Shown: positions 1 through 13,300 of the stretch, piece after piece | Position numbering within the stretch: position 1 is the stretch's first letter | Layout of the letters: each line of letters begins with the position of its first letter | Assembly (NCBI RefSeq): GCF_037042905.1 | Contig: NC_087250.1 | Location: forward strand, 4,900,001 to 4,964,000 | DNA from: Lytechinus pictus | Lineage: Eukaryota | Direction: 5' to 3' | Length of the DNA: 64,000 bases | Position numbers and translations under genes: made by a program | Notes under the pieces: model-generated | Told to the model about the DNA's origin: nothing | The model's database searches: none | Seen by the model: only the letters and a program-made list of their open reading frames with translations

Positions 1-219
1 ATTAATACACTCTCCCACATATGCCTTTTTGTGTCAGTGATCATCAGAATTATCGGTTTTCGGCTCAAATTCCATGATTTCACAAAGATAAGGACAGTAA
101 AATCAACGTTGATTTCAATGTACCAGATCTAGATCTATGATAATATGGTGGTAATTGACCTTGATTTTAAAAAGACGTTCTCGTGAACTAATTGTTGCTG
201 CAACTACTCTCTTTTACCT
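1..219. mobile_element. Right part of a TTAA-flanked non-autonomous DNA transposon
   Basis: ends ...tacct|ttaa; similar to 13382-13776. Confidence 0.55.
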
Positions 220-1076
220 TTAAGAAACCATAATTGTCTGTCCTTAATAAAACAGCAGGGAGGGTAGTCTAGGCTTGCAGTTCCAAGAAACAAGGCAACT
301 GGAGATAACCTTCTCCTGTAGATTTTTTGAATGAGACTTGGTCCGAGGCCGAGGCAAGGGTCGGCAACATGCGGCCGCGACTACATCCCTACAAAAATAC
401 CTCCCCTCAAATATATTTCTCTCTAAAAAAATCTTATATGATTGATAATCCCATAAAATGTAATTACAGGTCTAGCCATAGTAGGAGACTCCACATTACT
501 GATCCCAAACCTAAAGTTCTTAAGAATTCTAAGTACAATTTTTTAAGCTGAATACATTTAACGTATGAATACAGATAAAAGATATGAATGATTGATTGAT
601 TTGTGGCCTTTGAAAGCTGTCAATAAGAACTTGGCATTAATGTTAAAATTTATGGTGCACAACAAAGTGAGATATCATTTTGTAAATGCACTCAACATGG
701 AAACGAACAAGAATTAAAAAAGATACAAATTTGTATATTCACTAAAAAGGAAGTACATATTTTTTATGGAAAGTTAATTCAAGGGTGTTACACCTTAACT
801 CTTTACAAAGGAAGTCTTCAAATTATTTGAATTACATTTCATTATTTTTAGAGAATGGAAGTATAATAATGAATGAAAACGATTTAAAACCTACTGTTTC
901 TATGAGAGTGCAAATTGCAAAAGTGTATGATTTTAGGAAGAAATTAATGAAAAATATTGTGCTACTGGTATTGGTAATGAAATAATCTGCGAACAAATAT
1001 CTTTCATTTTCTACAAGTCTGAAAGCAATTTTTCACAACCTTTTTCATTTAAGCTTGTCAAGCAAGGTAACATGAG

Positions 1077-1333
1077 GGTCCCGTATTACAAAGAGTTGAG
1101 ATTGATCCCATCAAACAAAACTATGGAAAGCCAGCAATCTCAACATAAAAAAGTCATGTTTTATGAATATTCATACATTCATTGTTTTTTTCATAATTCA
1201 GTATGTCCCCCTTTGTTCACAAAAGGACAATGTAAAAAATTTCCTGTAGGAAAAATTATGACAATGATGGATTTCCATATACATGTAGTTGAGGTTGAAC
1301 CGATCATTCAGAACTCTTTATAAGATGGGGGCC
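1077..1333 (+). mobile_element. MITE family A
   Basis: ggcccc..tacaaagagtt TIR; paralogs at 4625, 6917, 10529, 56504, 58958. Confidence 0.8.
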
Positions 1334-1694
1334 CAGTTCGACAAAAAACAGCTTCGAACTAAGACAATGGGAAACATTCAGTTCTGAAAAGCGTTGATGT
1401 CTTTTTTCCTTCGTCACCACTATTCTTAACACTCCATAATGATCATATACGGTAATTTTGTATCGGTGATCTAAATACTGAAAAAGTTTGATGTCAGAGT
1501 CAAAACTTTGATGCGACAGATCAGGACAGGCAACAGTATATTGATAATTATTCTATGCCTAAACTTCATTTTGCGATTTTGATTTGAAGAGGGAAAATTA
1601 ATGGTAGTATATTTTCATGATGTTATAACGGGTATCTCACAAAGGGAATACTCCCAGTGGTGAAATTTTCAAAAAAATTAAAAATAGTAAATTA

Positions 1695-1993
1695 TTATAA
1701 TAATAATAATAATAATACAGGTATATTTACCCAGGGAAGCCGCTTCAGTTCCGAAAACTGTTCTCCCAGCGGGCCCTGCTATTATTATTACCCCGGCTTT
1801 AGCTGGGCTGCCTAGGCGCTCAAAGCATTCAAGGAATTTCTTCCTACCGGGTACCCATTCATCTCACCTGGGTTGAGTGCAGCACAGTGTGGATAAATTT
1901 CTTGCTGAAAGAAATTACGCCATGGCTGGGATTCGAACCCACGACCCTCTGTTTCAAAGTCCGAAGACTAATCCACTGGGCCACAACGCTCCA
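1695..1993 (-). mobile_element. tRNA-derived SINE
   Basis: A box TGGCCCAGTGG, B box GGTTCGAATCC, (TTA)n tail. Confidence 0.88.
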
Positions 1994-2634
1994 GTGTTCT
2001 AAGTTCTTAACAAAGAGTGCAAGTCCCTTGATGGGGCAATTTGGCATATCCATTTTTTTTAACGAGCAAAGTGATGAGCATGATTTAGCTTGTAGATTAT
2101 TACATATCGATCTCTATAACGTGCGAAAACCAAAAAATGAAAACAATCATGATTGCATGGTGGAAAGGGGCATTTACTCCCAAAAGAAGCAAAAATACAT
2201 ATGTAAAATCCACACATTACTGAAAAAAAGTTGAAGACAGTGAATGCCTATGACCTAACAAAAGAAGTAAGATATCATTTAGCATTGGCCTCGAGACATC
2301 TTCTTTTTTTAAAATACTTTCAAGTGCTGGAAGCATTGATCATAGGAGAACTAAAACAGCTCTATACGTTGACAAGCATGTGCACCATACTAGACTATAT
2401 AAACCTTATGGATCATTAATATACACGTAGATATAACCAGGCCATGATTTGAACGACGGTCATTCAAAAATTCAAAGTAATATTAGTGATTGTTTTTTGC
2501 TAAACTCGAACTTTGAAAGATTGAAGGGGCTTTGGAAAATGGAATTCCTTAAAATACATGCACAGCGGAACTTAATAGACTCCTCAGAATTGGATAAGAA
2601 CCTACATAGCAGCAGTTATATAATACCCATCCAT

Positions 2635-2904
2635 ATAATAATAATAATAATAGCTGGATTTATAAAGTGCTTTTGCCTGAGGATACAAAGCGCTGCTACT
2701 ATTACCCCGGCTTTAGCTCGAGCTACCATCACCGGCGCTCAGTGCATGCAAGGAATTACTCCTGCCGGGTACCCATTCACCTCACCTGGGTCGAGTGCAG
2801 CACAGTGTGGATAAATTTCTTGCTGAAGGAAAACACGCCATGGCTGGGATTTGAACCCATGACCCTCTGTTTCAAAGGCGAGAGTCCGAACCACTAGACC
2901 ACAA
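2635..2904 (-). mobile_element. tRNA-derived SINE, different 3' tail
   Basis: head and core match the 1695-1993 copy. Confidence 0.85.
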
Positions 2905-3316
2905 TGGGCTATTTATTATGAATTGAATACAATATTATACATGTATTTCAGCATAGGACAAGAAGTGAATTGTACATGCATAATTGGTTAAAGTGTTATA
3001 TTCGAGTCAGTGCTTACAGACTGGGAAAACACGGTCATAATTTGATGAGCAGTGACAGTAATTCCCATTCTGAATTTTCAAATCTGATGTAATTATATTT
3101 GCTGTCAAAATTTATTCCTATTATGAGCAGTTCCGGGAACCACTCCTGAATACATTATATACATTCATGGCAGGAAGAAATGTCCACCTTGATATACATG
3201 TATTAGTGTACAGAAAACTGTCAATCGTCAAATTATTTTCCTCAAAATTTCAAACTCTACACAAATGATAAACTGAATACGGGTCATTTAAGCATACAAC
3301 TTTGTAAGTACATGTA

Positions 3317-3852
3317 CAGTCAAACTTGTGTTAGCAGCCACCTGCCTATAGTGACCACTAAAACCGATTCCCATGGAGGCAGATTGTGTGTGTAAGAACC
3401 TGTCTATAGCAGCAATCTACCTATAGTGACCACTAAAACCAATTCCCATGGAGACAGATTGCGTGTATAAGAACCTGTCTATAGCAGCCACCTGTCTATA
3501 GCGACCAATAAAACTGATTCCCATGGATGCACATTGTGTGCGTAAGAACCTGTCTATAGTAGCCACCTGCCTATAGTGACCACTAAAACTGATTCCCATG
3601 GAGACAGATTGTGTGTATAAGAACCTGTCTATAGCAGCCATCTGGCTATTGTGACCAATAACACCGATTCCCATGGAGGCAAATTTTCTATATAAGAACC
3701 TGTCTATAGCAGCCACCTACCTATAGTGACCATTAAAACCGATTCCCATGGAGATAGATTGTGTGTATAAGAACCTGTCTATAGCAGCCATCTGGCTATA
3801 AAGGCAAGATTTTGTGTTCCCCTCGGATGGTCACTGTAAACAGGTTTCACTG
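3317..3852. mobile_element. Tc1/pogo-like non-autonomous element with internal 75-bp tandem repeat
   Basis: TA|CAGT(C/G)AAAC...GTTTCACTG|TA; gaacctgtct recurs at 3396, 3471, 3546, 3621, 3696, 3771. Confidence 0.8.
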
Positions 3853-4218
3853 TACTTCAAGTACATGTTTAATAAATCCTACATTCATAGTTATATTCAG
3901 CTCGATGAAATTCAACTTCCTTGCTTTCCAAATTGTTCATCGGTCATGGACCACAGCTGACTGAAATACGCCAGAGTAGAAAATACCAATCCATCTTGGG
4001 ATATAGAAAGGGCGTGGTCAATGGAGGGGTGTACTTTTACACCCATTAGTCCCCTGTCTGTTTATCTTGGGCTTGGGATGTTAAGCAGTAATCCGATCTA
4101 TACACTATTCTTAATCTGACATCAACATCTCAATATAGGTCTGCTATTAAAGTAGAAAGTGCCAATCCTTGATGGGGTAAACAAAAAAGGGGGGCGTGGT
4201 CGGTGGAGGGGTGCGGTC

Positions 4219-4377
4219 TTACACCCATGAGTCACCTGCCGGTTCGTCCTGGGCCTGGAGCTGAACGTGCTGAGCAGTACTGTAATCACCGTAGTCTTTG
4301 CTGCGGTCGTAGGAGTCATGGCTCATCGACTGGTTCACCGAGGCATAGTTTGAATGCTCCACTTGCGGTTCTGGGGC
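4219..4377 (-). CDS. CTNND2: delta-catenin last coding exon ending GDSWV*
   Basis: tctgcag|, TAA at 4219-4221; DSWV PDZ ligand typical of delta-catenin/ARVCF/p0071. Confidence 0.93.
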   Translation of the reverse strand, partial: APEPQVEHSNYASVNQSMSHDSYDRSKDYGDYSTAQHVQLQAQDEPAGDSWV

Positions 4378-7300
4378 CTGCAGACAAAGGGAAATATGAT
4401 TTTTTTTTCAAAAAAATCAGAAATTAAATAAAAAACATAAGATACTTTAACACCTGGGGCCCGTTGCATAAAACTTTTGCCTTAAAAAACTCTGGCAAAT
4501 ATTTTGCCAGTTTTTTAGTGTAATTTTCAATTGCATAATTTTGTTTGCCAGAGTTTTTGTTTATTTACCATAGTTTTTTTATGGCAAAAGTTTTATGCAA
4601 CGGGCCCCTGGGCTTAATAAACAGGGCCCCGTCATACAAAGAGTTGTGATTGATCCAATCAATCACAACTATGGAAAGTCAACAACGTCAATATCTGTTA
4701 TGCATGTTTGTTCTAAAATATTTTAGATTAGATTTATTCATTTTCCGTTCACAAAGCACAACAAAATCAAACAATACATAGTCAAACTTAAGTACAACAT
4801 CAATCAGAATAAGGTATAAACAATGAGAACTAATGCGAACTTAAGTAACTTTGACTATAATGACTATATAAAACAGAACGTAGGGGCTTGCCAAGAAAAG
4901 CAAAGCTTGTATGAGAGGCAAGCCCCCGTAACTTAGTTTCAGTACGTATATTACAAATCTATAATATAAAGGAGAGACGGAAGACAGTTTAAAAGGAGGC
5001 TATACAAAATATCAAAGGTAACAACGAAAGAGTGACACAAATTATAATAAGTGATAATAATTTTCTAACTACAGTAGGATGTACATGTATAATCATGCAT
5101 TCAATGTTTTCTTGAAAATTTGCTGTGCTTCTCTTTGTTTACTATAAAGGACATTGTGTAAATTACCTGTAGAAAAAATTATGACACTGATGGATTTCCA
5201 GAGTTACGATTGATTGGATCAATCGTAACTCTAATAACCTTTCTTGTATACATAGTTCCCTCAATGATCATTAGTCAAAATTGCAATCAAGGCCAATAAC
5301 ACCTTGCCTGAGGTTAGCAGGCATAGCAACAAGCAAAACATGAATGGGACATCCAAGTATCGAGGCTCATTTCTCATGGCCTTGGGAAGCGGGGATGCCA
5401 ATTTCTTCAGGGGCGCTGCGTTTGTTATTTACCGTAGGCAGCACCCCCTGGAAAACAGGGAGACAAAGCCAATTGAACAGTGTTCAGCATCTCACAGACG
5501 TTCTTGGCCTTATCCTTGGAATTTGAGATATTTCAACTCTATCAAGACCTGATAAGGACGGCCATGCTGGCAACTGTGGCATGCAACCTCATTATCTGTG
5601 ACCACTGGTTGGTCATGTAAAGAGGTCAACTTTTTGTGATTTCTGATAATCAGCAGGGTTCCCACAGCCATGGAAAATCCTGGAAAAATTTGAGGTCATG
5701 GAAAGTCAGGGAAAAGTCAGGGAATTTGGAAAATTTGTGAAAAGTCACAGCATTCATTTACCTCTTGGCTATGGCAGCTTTCCAGTATGTCATGGCTTGC
5801 AACTCTCATACTCTGCTATTATAATCGGTGCTCATGATTTTAATTTCCCCAGTTTCGTGACATCCCAAATTCTGTACATAACTCCCGGGACGTCATGGAA
5901 AGCAGCAATTTGGTCACGGAAAAGTCATGGAATTCTGTTTTCAAATTTCTGTGGGAACCCTGATCAGGGAATCTTGATTGTTCGAATTATTGGACTGTTT
6001 ACTACGGCTAACAATCAAATGGCAAAAAGATTATTCATCCCAGGCTTATAAAGAACCACAAAATTGAAATAGTACGCACCCTTCCATAGACAGACACTCC
6101 TCCGATAGGTGCGGATTTCCGGCCCGTGCTGGCGTAAGGATTATCAGCGTAATCTGAGGAGAGCGGCTGCATGGGAATCTCCTCTCCCGGTATCATGTTA
6201 TCAGCTAATCGGTCTAAGGAAATGAGAAACAAGAGATTCATTTGATCACCAAATTGGCAACAATAATGGTAATTTTTATACCAAAGAAAAAAAAATACAT
6301 TGCAATATTTATTTCAATTGGCAATAATGGTAATTTTTTAACCAAATAAAAAAAAAAACACATTGCAATATATTTATTTCAATGATAAAAACTCTGATCC
6401 TATGATATTCATGAAATTGACAATAATATTTCGTCTTATACTTTACCATAAAAAGAAATAACAGTATATACATGTAAATTTCAATTAAATCTTTTTTTAT
6501 CAAAGATGCAACAATCACAATGCTACTTACATGTATACTATGCAAATCATTATTAATAGATTTTTTTTTAAATTTGGGAGTTGCATGATATTCTTCAAAT
6601 AATCAATAAGTTGTATAATTAAGCATGATTTTTAATCCACAGCAGAGCATGTGCACGAAGTTATAAATAATAGTAAATATTGATTATTTCCTTTAGTTTA
6701 GAACACCTTCATGATTAATATAAACATGAATTTAAATAAGTTAACACAGAGAGGAGAGAGGGAGAGAGAGGTCAAAGTGAGGATAAAAATAGTGAGGGAA
6801 AGGGAGAGAGAAAGAGGGGGAGGGGCTGATTAGCCACACCCCTAAAATTACAGTCAGTCACACCCCAAATTCAACTGAACTTGGACACATACAGTAGGTC
6901 TGTATTCTGAAGTCAGGGCCCTGTCTTCCAAAGAGTTACGATTGATCCGATCAATCTCAACTATGGATGGCTAGCAACATCAACATGTATTACTCATGGT
7001 TGTTCAAAAAAATTCTAGATATGAATGTACATGTATATTCATGCATTCATTGTTATCTTGAAAATTCACTGTGCTTCTCTTTGCTTACAAAGGACATTGT
7101 GCAAATTTCCTATAGAAAAAAATATGACATTGGTGGATTTCCATAGAGTTACGATTGATTGGATCAATCGTAACTCTTGGTAAGACGAGGCCCTGGTTTA
7201 ACTTAGACCATGGTCTAACTCTGTGCTAAAATTATGGGAAGTCACAAGTGTCAACATTTTTATTAAGTTTTATGTTTCTTATGTTTACTCAACTGTGCTC

Positions 7301-10300
7301 TTTCCTGATTCATAGACGGTGAGGACAATCATCTATTTATACTTCCTAGACAATTATGAATGAATTCAGAGCCAAATGAGCTGAAATATGATATCTCTAC
7401 CATTAGTGATTTATGTAACAATTGGCTATCCATACTTAAACCACAACTTTAAAGGAGGAGAGACCTGCGGGTCATAGTGTTTCAGTTCGCTTTTCGCCTC
7501 CCAGGCACAGTTGACGCCAAACAAATAATAATAATAATAATAATAATAAACCTGAGTTTAAGTTAAACCCGACTTCAGAATACGGGCCATACAGTCTTTC
7601 AAGTAAAACTACGGAAATGTGGAGTTATATTTACATCATTTCATGTTAATTCATGCATTAATACTAATGGAAACAGAGAAATTCTTTAAGAGATGTCAAC
7701 ATTTCTATTTTATCTAATTTTCTTTTTCTATTATTACATCACAATTCAGAGGGTACTCCCTATCTAGAATATTGTATGTTGAAAACATTCTTTAAGGGGC
7801 TTTCACAATTGCTTGTGAAATCATTTGCACTCACATTATATGTTGCAAACAATCGCAACGGTTGTAAGCAGTTGCACCACCAATTGTGAAAGGGGCTTTA
7901 ATAAAGAGTACTACCATCACTAAACAATAAAGTGTACTTCTAATGCAGTGCTAAAACACAGTGCAATGGGTTATTCCAATAGAGTTCTCGCACCCACTTC
8001 CAAGTTACATGGAAGAATCTTGATGCAATTCTACCATGCAGTGCAAGGGGTTATTCCACTCATGAAAGAGGGGGGTTTACCACCTATCCTACTGTACGTG
8101 GATACACTTCTTTTGTACAGAATTCTAGCACCCCTCCTTAGAAACATGGTGCAATCTCGGTGCAATGCTACCACACAGTGCAAGGGGTTATTCCACTCAC
8201 CAAAGAGGGGTGTTTGCCACCTACCTTGACTATTGTATGTGGATATGCTTTCTCTAGCATAGGGTTCTAGGCGCTGCATCAAATCATCCTCTACATACAC
8301 ACACACAGGGCAAGAGAAGCACAGACATGGGAAGAAAAGCAATGAAGAAATACAAAATGGTTTAGGAAATTAGTATGTTGCAGCTATGAGCCACCCTGTT
8401 AGGCATAATGGCACATTCCACATGTAAAGGAGCATGCAGGAATTAGATCATTCCATTCAAAATTAGGGGTGTTAGTGGAATTAATAAAAAATTGATATAA
8501 TAACTAAATTTAGCCAAGTTCTTACAACAATCAAATAAATATAATATAAATTACCAATTTCCCATGCACAAGGGCAATTGATATCGTTTTAGCAATACAA
8601 AATATAGTTGCAACAAATATTTTAGGGGAGTTCACATTATGTTGCATTGCATAAGTGTCATGATTTAAAGTTCTTGCAATTTAGACAGATTTGATGCACA
8701 ATAGCGGAAAATATACCCAGTACAATGCTGAATAGAATTATGGGTAATTTGCTGCATATACATGGAAGATGGTGAACTGGCAAGCTTGAGAAAGAGCAAC
8801 TGCATTAAATCTTTCCAGCTAAATAGAGCACTACAAGTAAAAAGAAAATTTCCCCTCGTGAGCAAGCTCAGTGACCACACATCCTGGAAGTTGGTAGGCC
8901 TATGGGGGGAGGGGGACATGGGATCCCCCCTTCCACCATAAATTTTTCAATTTTTTTAATGAAAAAAAAATCATGTTTTAGTGCATTTTAGAATAACATT
9001 CTGGGGATATAATATACATGTACATGAAGATACCCGCTCTGCCTTCTTCACAAAATATTATAGGAAAAATATCATGGGAAAAAATGTTTCAAAATCTGTG
9101 GAAATTTACAGATCCACTGAGAAAAATCATGCCTGAAACTACTGCTAATTTCTATCATTTGGCAAGATCATGTTTTCCTATGGAAGCACACAATCATCAG
9201 TGATATGATATAAAGATAAAACAGATCAGAAGAAATGCATCTTCATCGAATTTTAAAGCTGTGTATGTACATGTAGAAGGAAAATAAACATTGGAAAGCG
9301 ATTGCAAAGCGTTAAAGAATGCTTATGTGAACTCCCCCTTGTGCTACAGGCATACCAACGAAATCATTGGATATAATGTAATAGCTTTGATCGGTCTGGA
9401 GTCGGTTTCGCTGACCTGACAGTAGCATTTAGTATTAAAGTCATGCATGGAAGGAAGAAATATTAAAGGAGAATGAAACCCTTGAAACCAGCTGAATCCA
9501 TATCAAAGAGAAAAATCAAAGAAACATATTGTTGAAAGTTTGAGGAAGATTGAATGAATAATAAGAAAGTTATGAGCATTTGAATATTGAGATCACTAAT
9601 TCCATGTAGATCCTCCCATTGGCAATGCGACCAAGATCTGTGATGTCACACACGTACAACTCCCTCATTACTTTAGTACTTATTTCACTTATATTCTCAC
9701 TTTTGTAGAGTCTATCACAAGGTGAGGTGTTCTCTTTATGAGAGGACAAGTACAGAGGTTTCACAACATTACATCATTGATGAATCGTTTGTCATATGAT
9801 TAAAATGAGCAAAAAGAGATGTTTTGGGGTATATTTTCAGTGTCCAAAAGGGGAGAGTTGTTCATCTGTGACATCATAGATCTTGGTCGCATTGCCAATT
9901 GGAGGATCTCCATAGCATTAGTGATCTCGACATTCAAATGCTCATACATGTAACTCTTTTATTGCTAGTCCCATTTTACTCAAACTTTTGTTGATCTTAT
10001 TCTTTGATTTTTCTGCTTTCACAAAAGCTAACTTGCTCCAAGAGTTTCATTCTCCTTTAAAGTCATGCATGGAAGGAAGAAATATTAAAGGGCAATCTTT
10101 GGAAAGGAAATGCATGTTAAAGAGATAAATAGAAATACAGCCCTTTTTTAATGACATGCAACGTATACACTGTAACTAAAGAGTCAAACCCACACACCAT
10201 ACATAAGGGTCTATTCAAAATATGATTAATAGGAAGGGCACCTTAATTCAATGAATTTTGAAGAAAAAAAACACATTGCATTTAACATATCCTGTCTTAA

Positions 10301-13300
10301 TAATGAATCTTTCTCCTCCTTCAGTCACTGTCTTCGTCATTTATTACATGTAAGTAGATACATTTATGAGATAACATGCATGTGTTTGTTATGATAAATT
10401 CATTGTACACTTGTGTGTATACCAATAAATGCTTGCCATGATTTAAGTCATTGTATGTTAGTATGGCTTTTCAATTTGCTATATAGTATTTTCAGGTTGT
10501 GTGGGGAAGAAAAATGAAGGAGGATCAGGGGCCCATCGTACAAAGAGTTGCGATTGATCCCATCAATCGCAACTATGGAAAGCCAGCAAAGTCAACATAT
10601 AAAATGCATGTTTGTTCCAAAAATTGTCTAGATACATGTATGAATGTATATCCATAAATTCATTGATTTCTTGATAATTTGGTGTGTTCTCCTTTGTTTA
10701 CAAAGGACGTTTTGCAAATGACCTGTAGAAAAAAATTATGACACAGATGGATCTCCATAGAGTTAGACACTGATGGATTTCCATAGAGTTACGATTGATT
10801 GATTGATTGATTGGATCAATCGTAACTCTTTGAAAGACGGGGCCCTGGTATAATCTCTACAATCGCTAAAATAGTGTTCAGGGTAGACAGCAACATTTTC
10901 AGAGCTTATTTCAGAAAGAATGATTCACAAGCTCAAATCAGTGTTTTTAGAAGGTAGATGATTTTTTTTTTTTTTTGCAGTTTGTTTGTTGGGGAAGAGG
11001 AATAAGTAGAGATCAGTTATGATTCATCCATGTGATGCTTAATAGTGTTCAAGGAAAGGAGCAATTTTTCTAATATTTTGGGGATTAAGTTCAGTTTAGT
11101 ATTTTCAGAAGGTAGATGTGTTTTTATCACTTTGTTTGAGGAAGGGGAATGAATATTGATCAGTGATAATTTCTCCATATGATGTTAAAGGTCAAGTCCA
11201 CCCCAGAAAAATGTTGATTTGAATATATATAAAAAAATCATTGAAGAGAAAATTAGAATATTTCATATTTCACATAATAAAATACAAAAGAAATAGTGAG
11301 TGGATGACGTCATCAGTCTCCTCATTTGCATACCTACCAGGATGTGCATATAACTGTTTTGTGAAATTAAGGGAAATTTTAAAATGTCATAACTTTCTTA
11401 TTTTACATCCGATTTTGATGAAATTTTCAGAGTTATTCTTGTTGGATTGTTCTCTTTATATTCAAACCAACTTTTTGTTGGGGTGGACGTGACCTTCAAA
11501 TAGAGTTTACAAGTATATATATTTGAATATCAATAAATAGATTTTTCAACGGGATTAGATTTCAGAGTATAGAGCTACTTTAGAGTTATTTCATAGGTAA
11601 AAAGGATGATAAATCAAATGTTACCTTTAGATCTGAATCTATAATTTGTATACGGATCGTCCTTTAATCGATTCTTTTCTGGAGTCAAAAGTGAACACAT
11701 TATCGTTCTTTACTAACAAGAATACTAGATAACATAGATATGTTTGCACTTAGCTTATATATGGGAAAGGATACTACAGTTCATTAAAGGCAAGGCTCGA
11801 CATTAGCGGTGGCCCGGTGGCCCGGGGCCACCAGAAATTCACCTCGGGCAACCATTATTGAAAAAATGTTAAGTTTTGGTGGCCCGAATCGGGCAACCAA
11901 TAATTTTCAAAGTAGCGCAATTTTTCTCCCGATTTTGCACGCATTTATCAACTTTCTACAGTTCAAATTGCAAGCCAATTCGTCATGCGCCCTTTTTGTT
12001 AATTTACACACAAATACACACACACAAAGATTGCATAGTCATGACAGTATGTAGGCCTACCGCTACAGCATACAGATTTGCATGCGTGAAACCACTGCAG
12101 CTAGCTGTGCGGTAGTAGACAGACTCAGGGAGCTGCGATACGAAATGTTGCTGCTAAGAAATCTTCCACAGAACCTTGTAAATCTACGTCAAAGTCACAT
12201 TTTACACCAATGAAATGCCCTTCTACAGTCCATATTACTAAAATCTGGTGTAACCTGATTATTTGCACGCATTAAAAAGGGGAATTATGACCTCTCTTTT
12301 GACTAAAAAAGACCGATTTCCAAATGCATTTAATACACATAAAACACATAGGTGAGTACATCACAGTCCCACGTGTGCATTTGTATGTATGTTGATACTT
12401 GGTTTCTTTCGAAGCTGTGTCTTTTCTAGCCAAAAATAAACAGACAGTTTCTTTCTTTCTTGTTTATAAATGACTTCTTAAACCACTCTTGAGGAAGTAA
12501 ATACTTTGGAAAGGCATTTCATTGATATGAAATGTGAATTTTTTTCGAGGCTTTTTGGCAAATATAGGGAAGGACTTTTCTCACACTGTTTTTTCCAGAT
12601 ATAACTTTTGCCATTTTTTTCTATTTTTTTCTTTCATTTTTTTTTATAGTGGTTAAACCATTTATACCCCTTCCCATTGAATATGCCTGATTAAAGAATA
12701 TGTTTCTACTAAAAAACAAATAATAATAATAATTTCCCCCATTTTTTATTAATTTTGTTTTATTCATTTTTCTTTCATTTTCTTTTGGTTTTTTTCTCTA
12801 AATTTTTTTTTCCTGTTCTTTGTTTTTTCTTTCTTGTGTTTTATTTCACTTATTTATTTTACTATTTTTTTCTTTTCTTAATATACTATTCTAAAAATTA
12901 TTTTTGTTTGTTTCTCCCTTTTATGCATTGTTCAAATTTGCAGCATATTTTTCTGTGATTTTCTCCTGCTATAATATGCTGGAAGAGAAAATAAACTGGA
13001 TTTGGGCCTGCATAATCTTTTAGGATTAAAAAGAAGAAAAAAGGAAGAAAAAAGTCCACACAACCTGGGAACAATACAATTCTTTTATTCTCTTTCAATC
13101 ATTTCATATTTACAATGATAGAACAATTTATATATTACCACAAATCAGTTAGCAAAGTAAGATAACAGCAAGCAAGATTTACAAAGTGAAAGTAACTTAG
13201 TGGTAGTGGCTGCAGAATTAATATTTCAGAAGTTTGTTTTATTCATTTTTAATTAATGTTTTTTTTATATTTTTTTTCGGGCTACCAAACTTTAATATCG

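Noticed and set aside
1920..1993. tRNA gene
   Set aside because: tRNA-like SINE head continuing into SINE core and tail; multicopy
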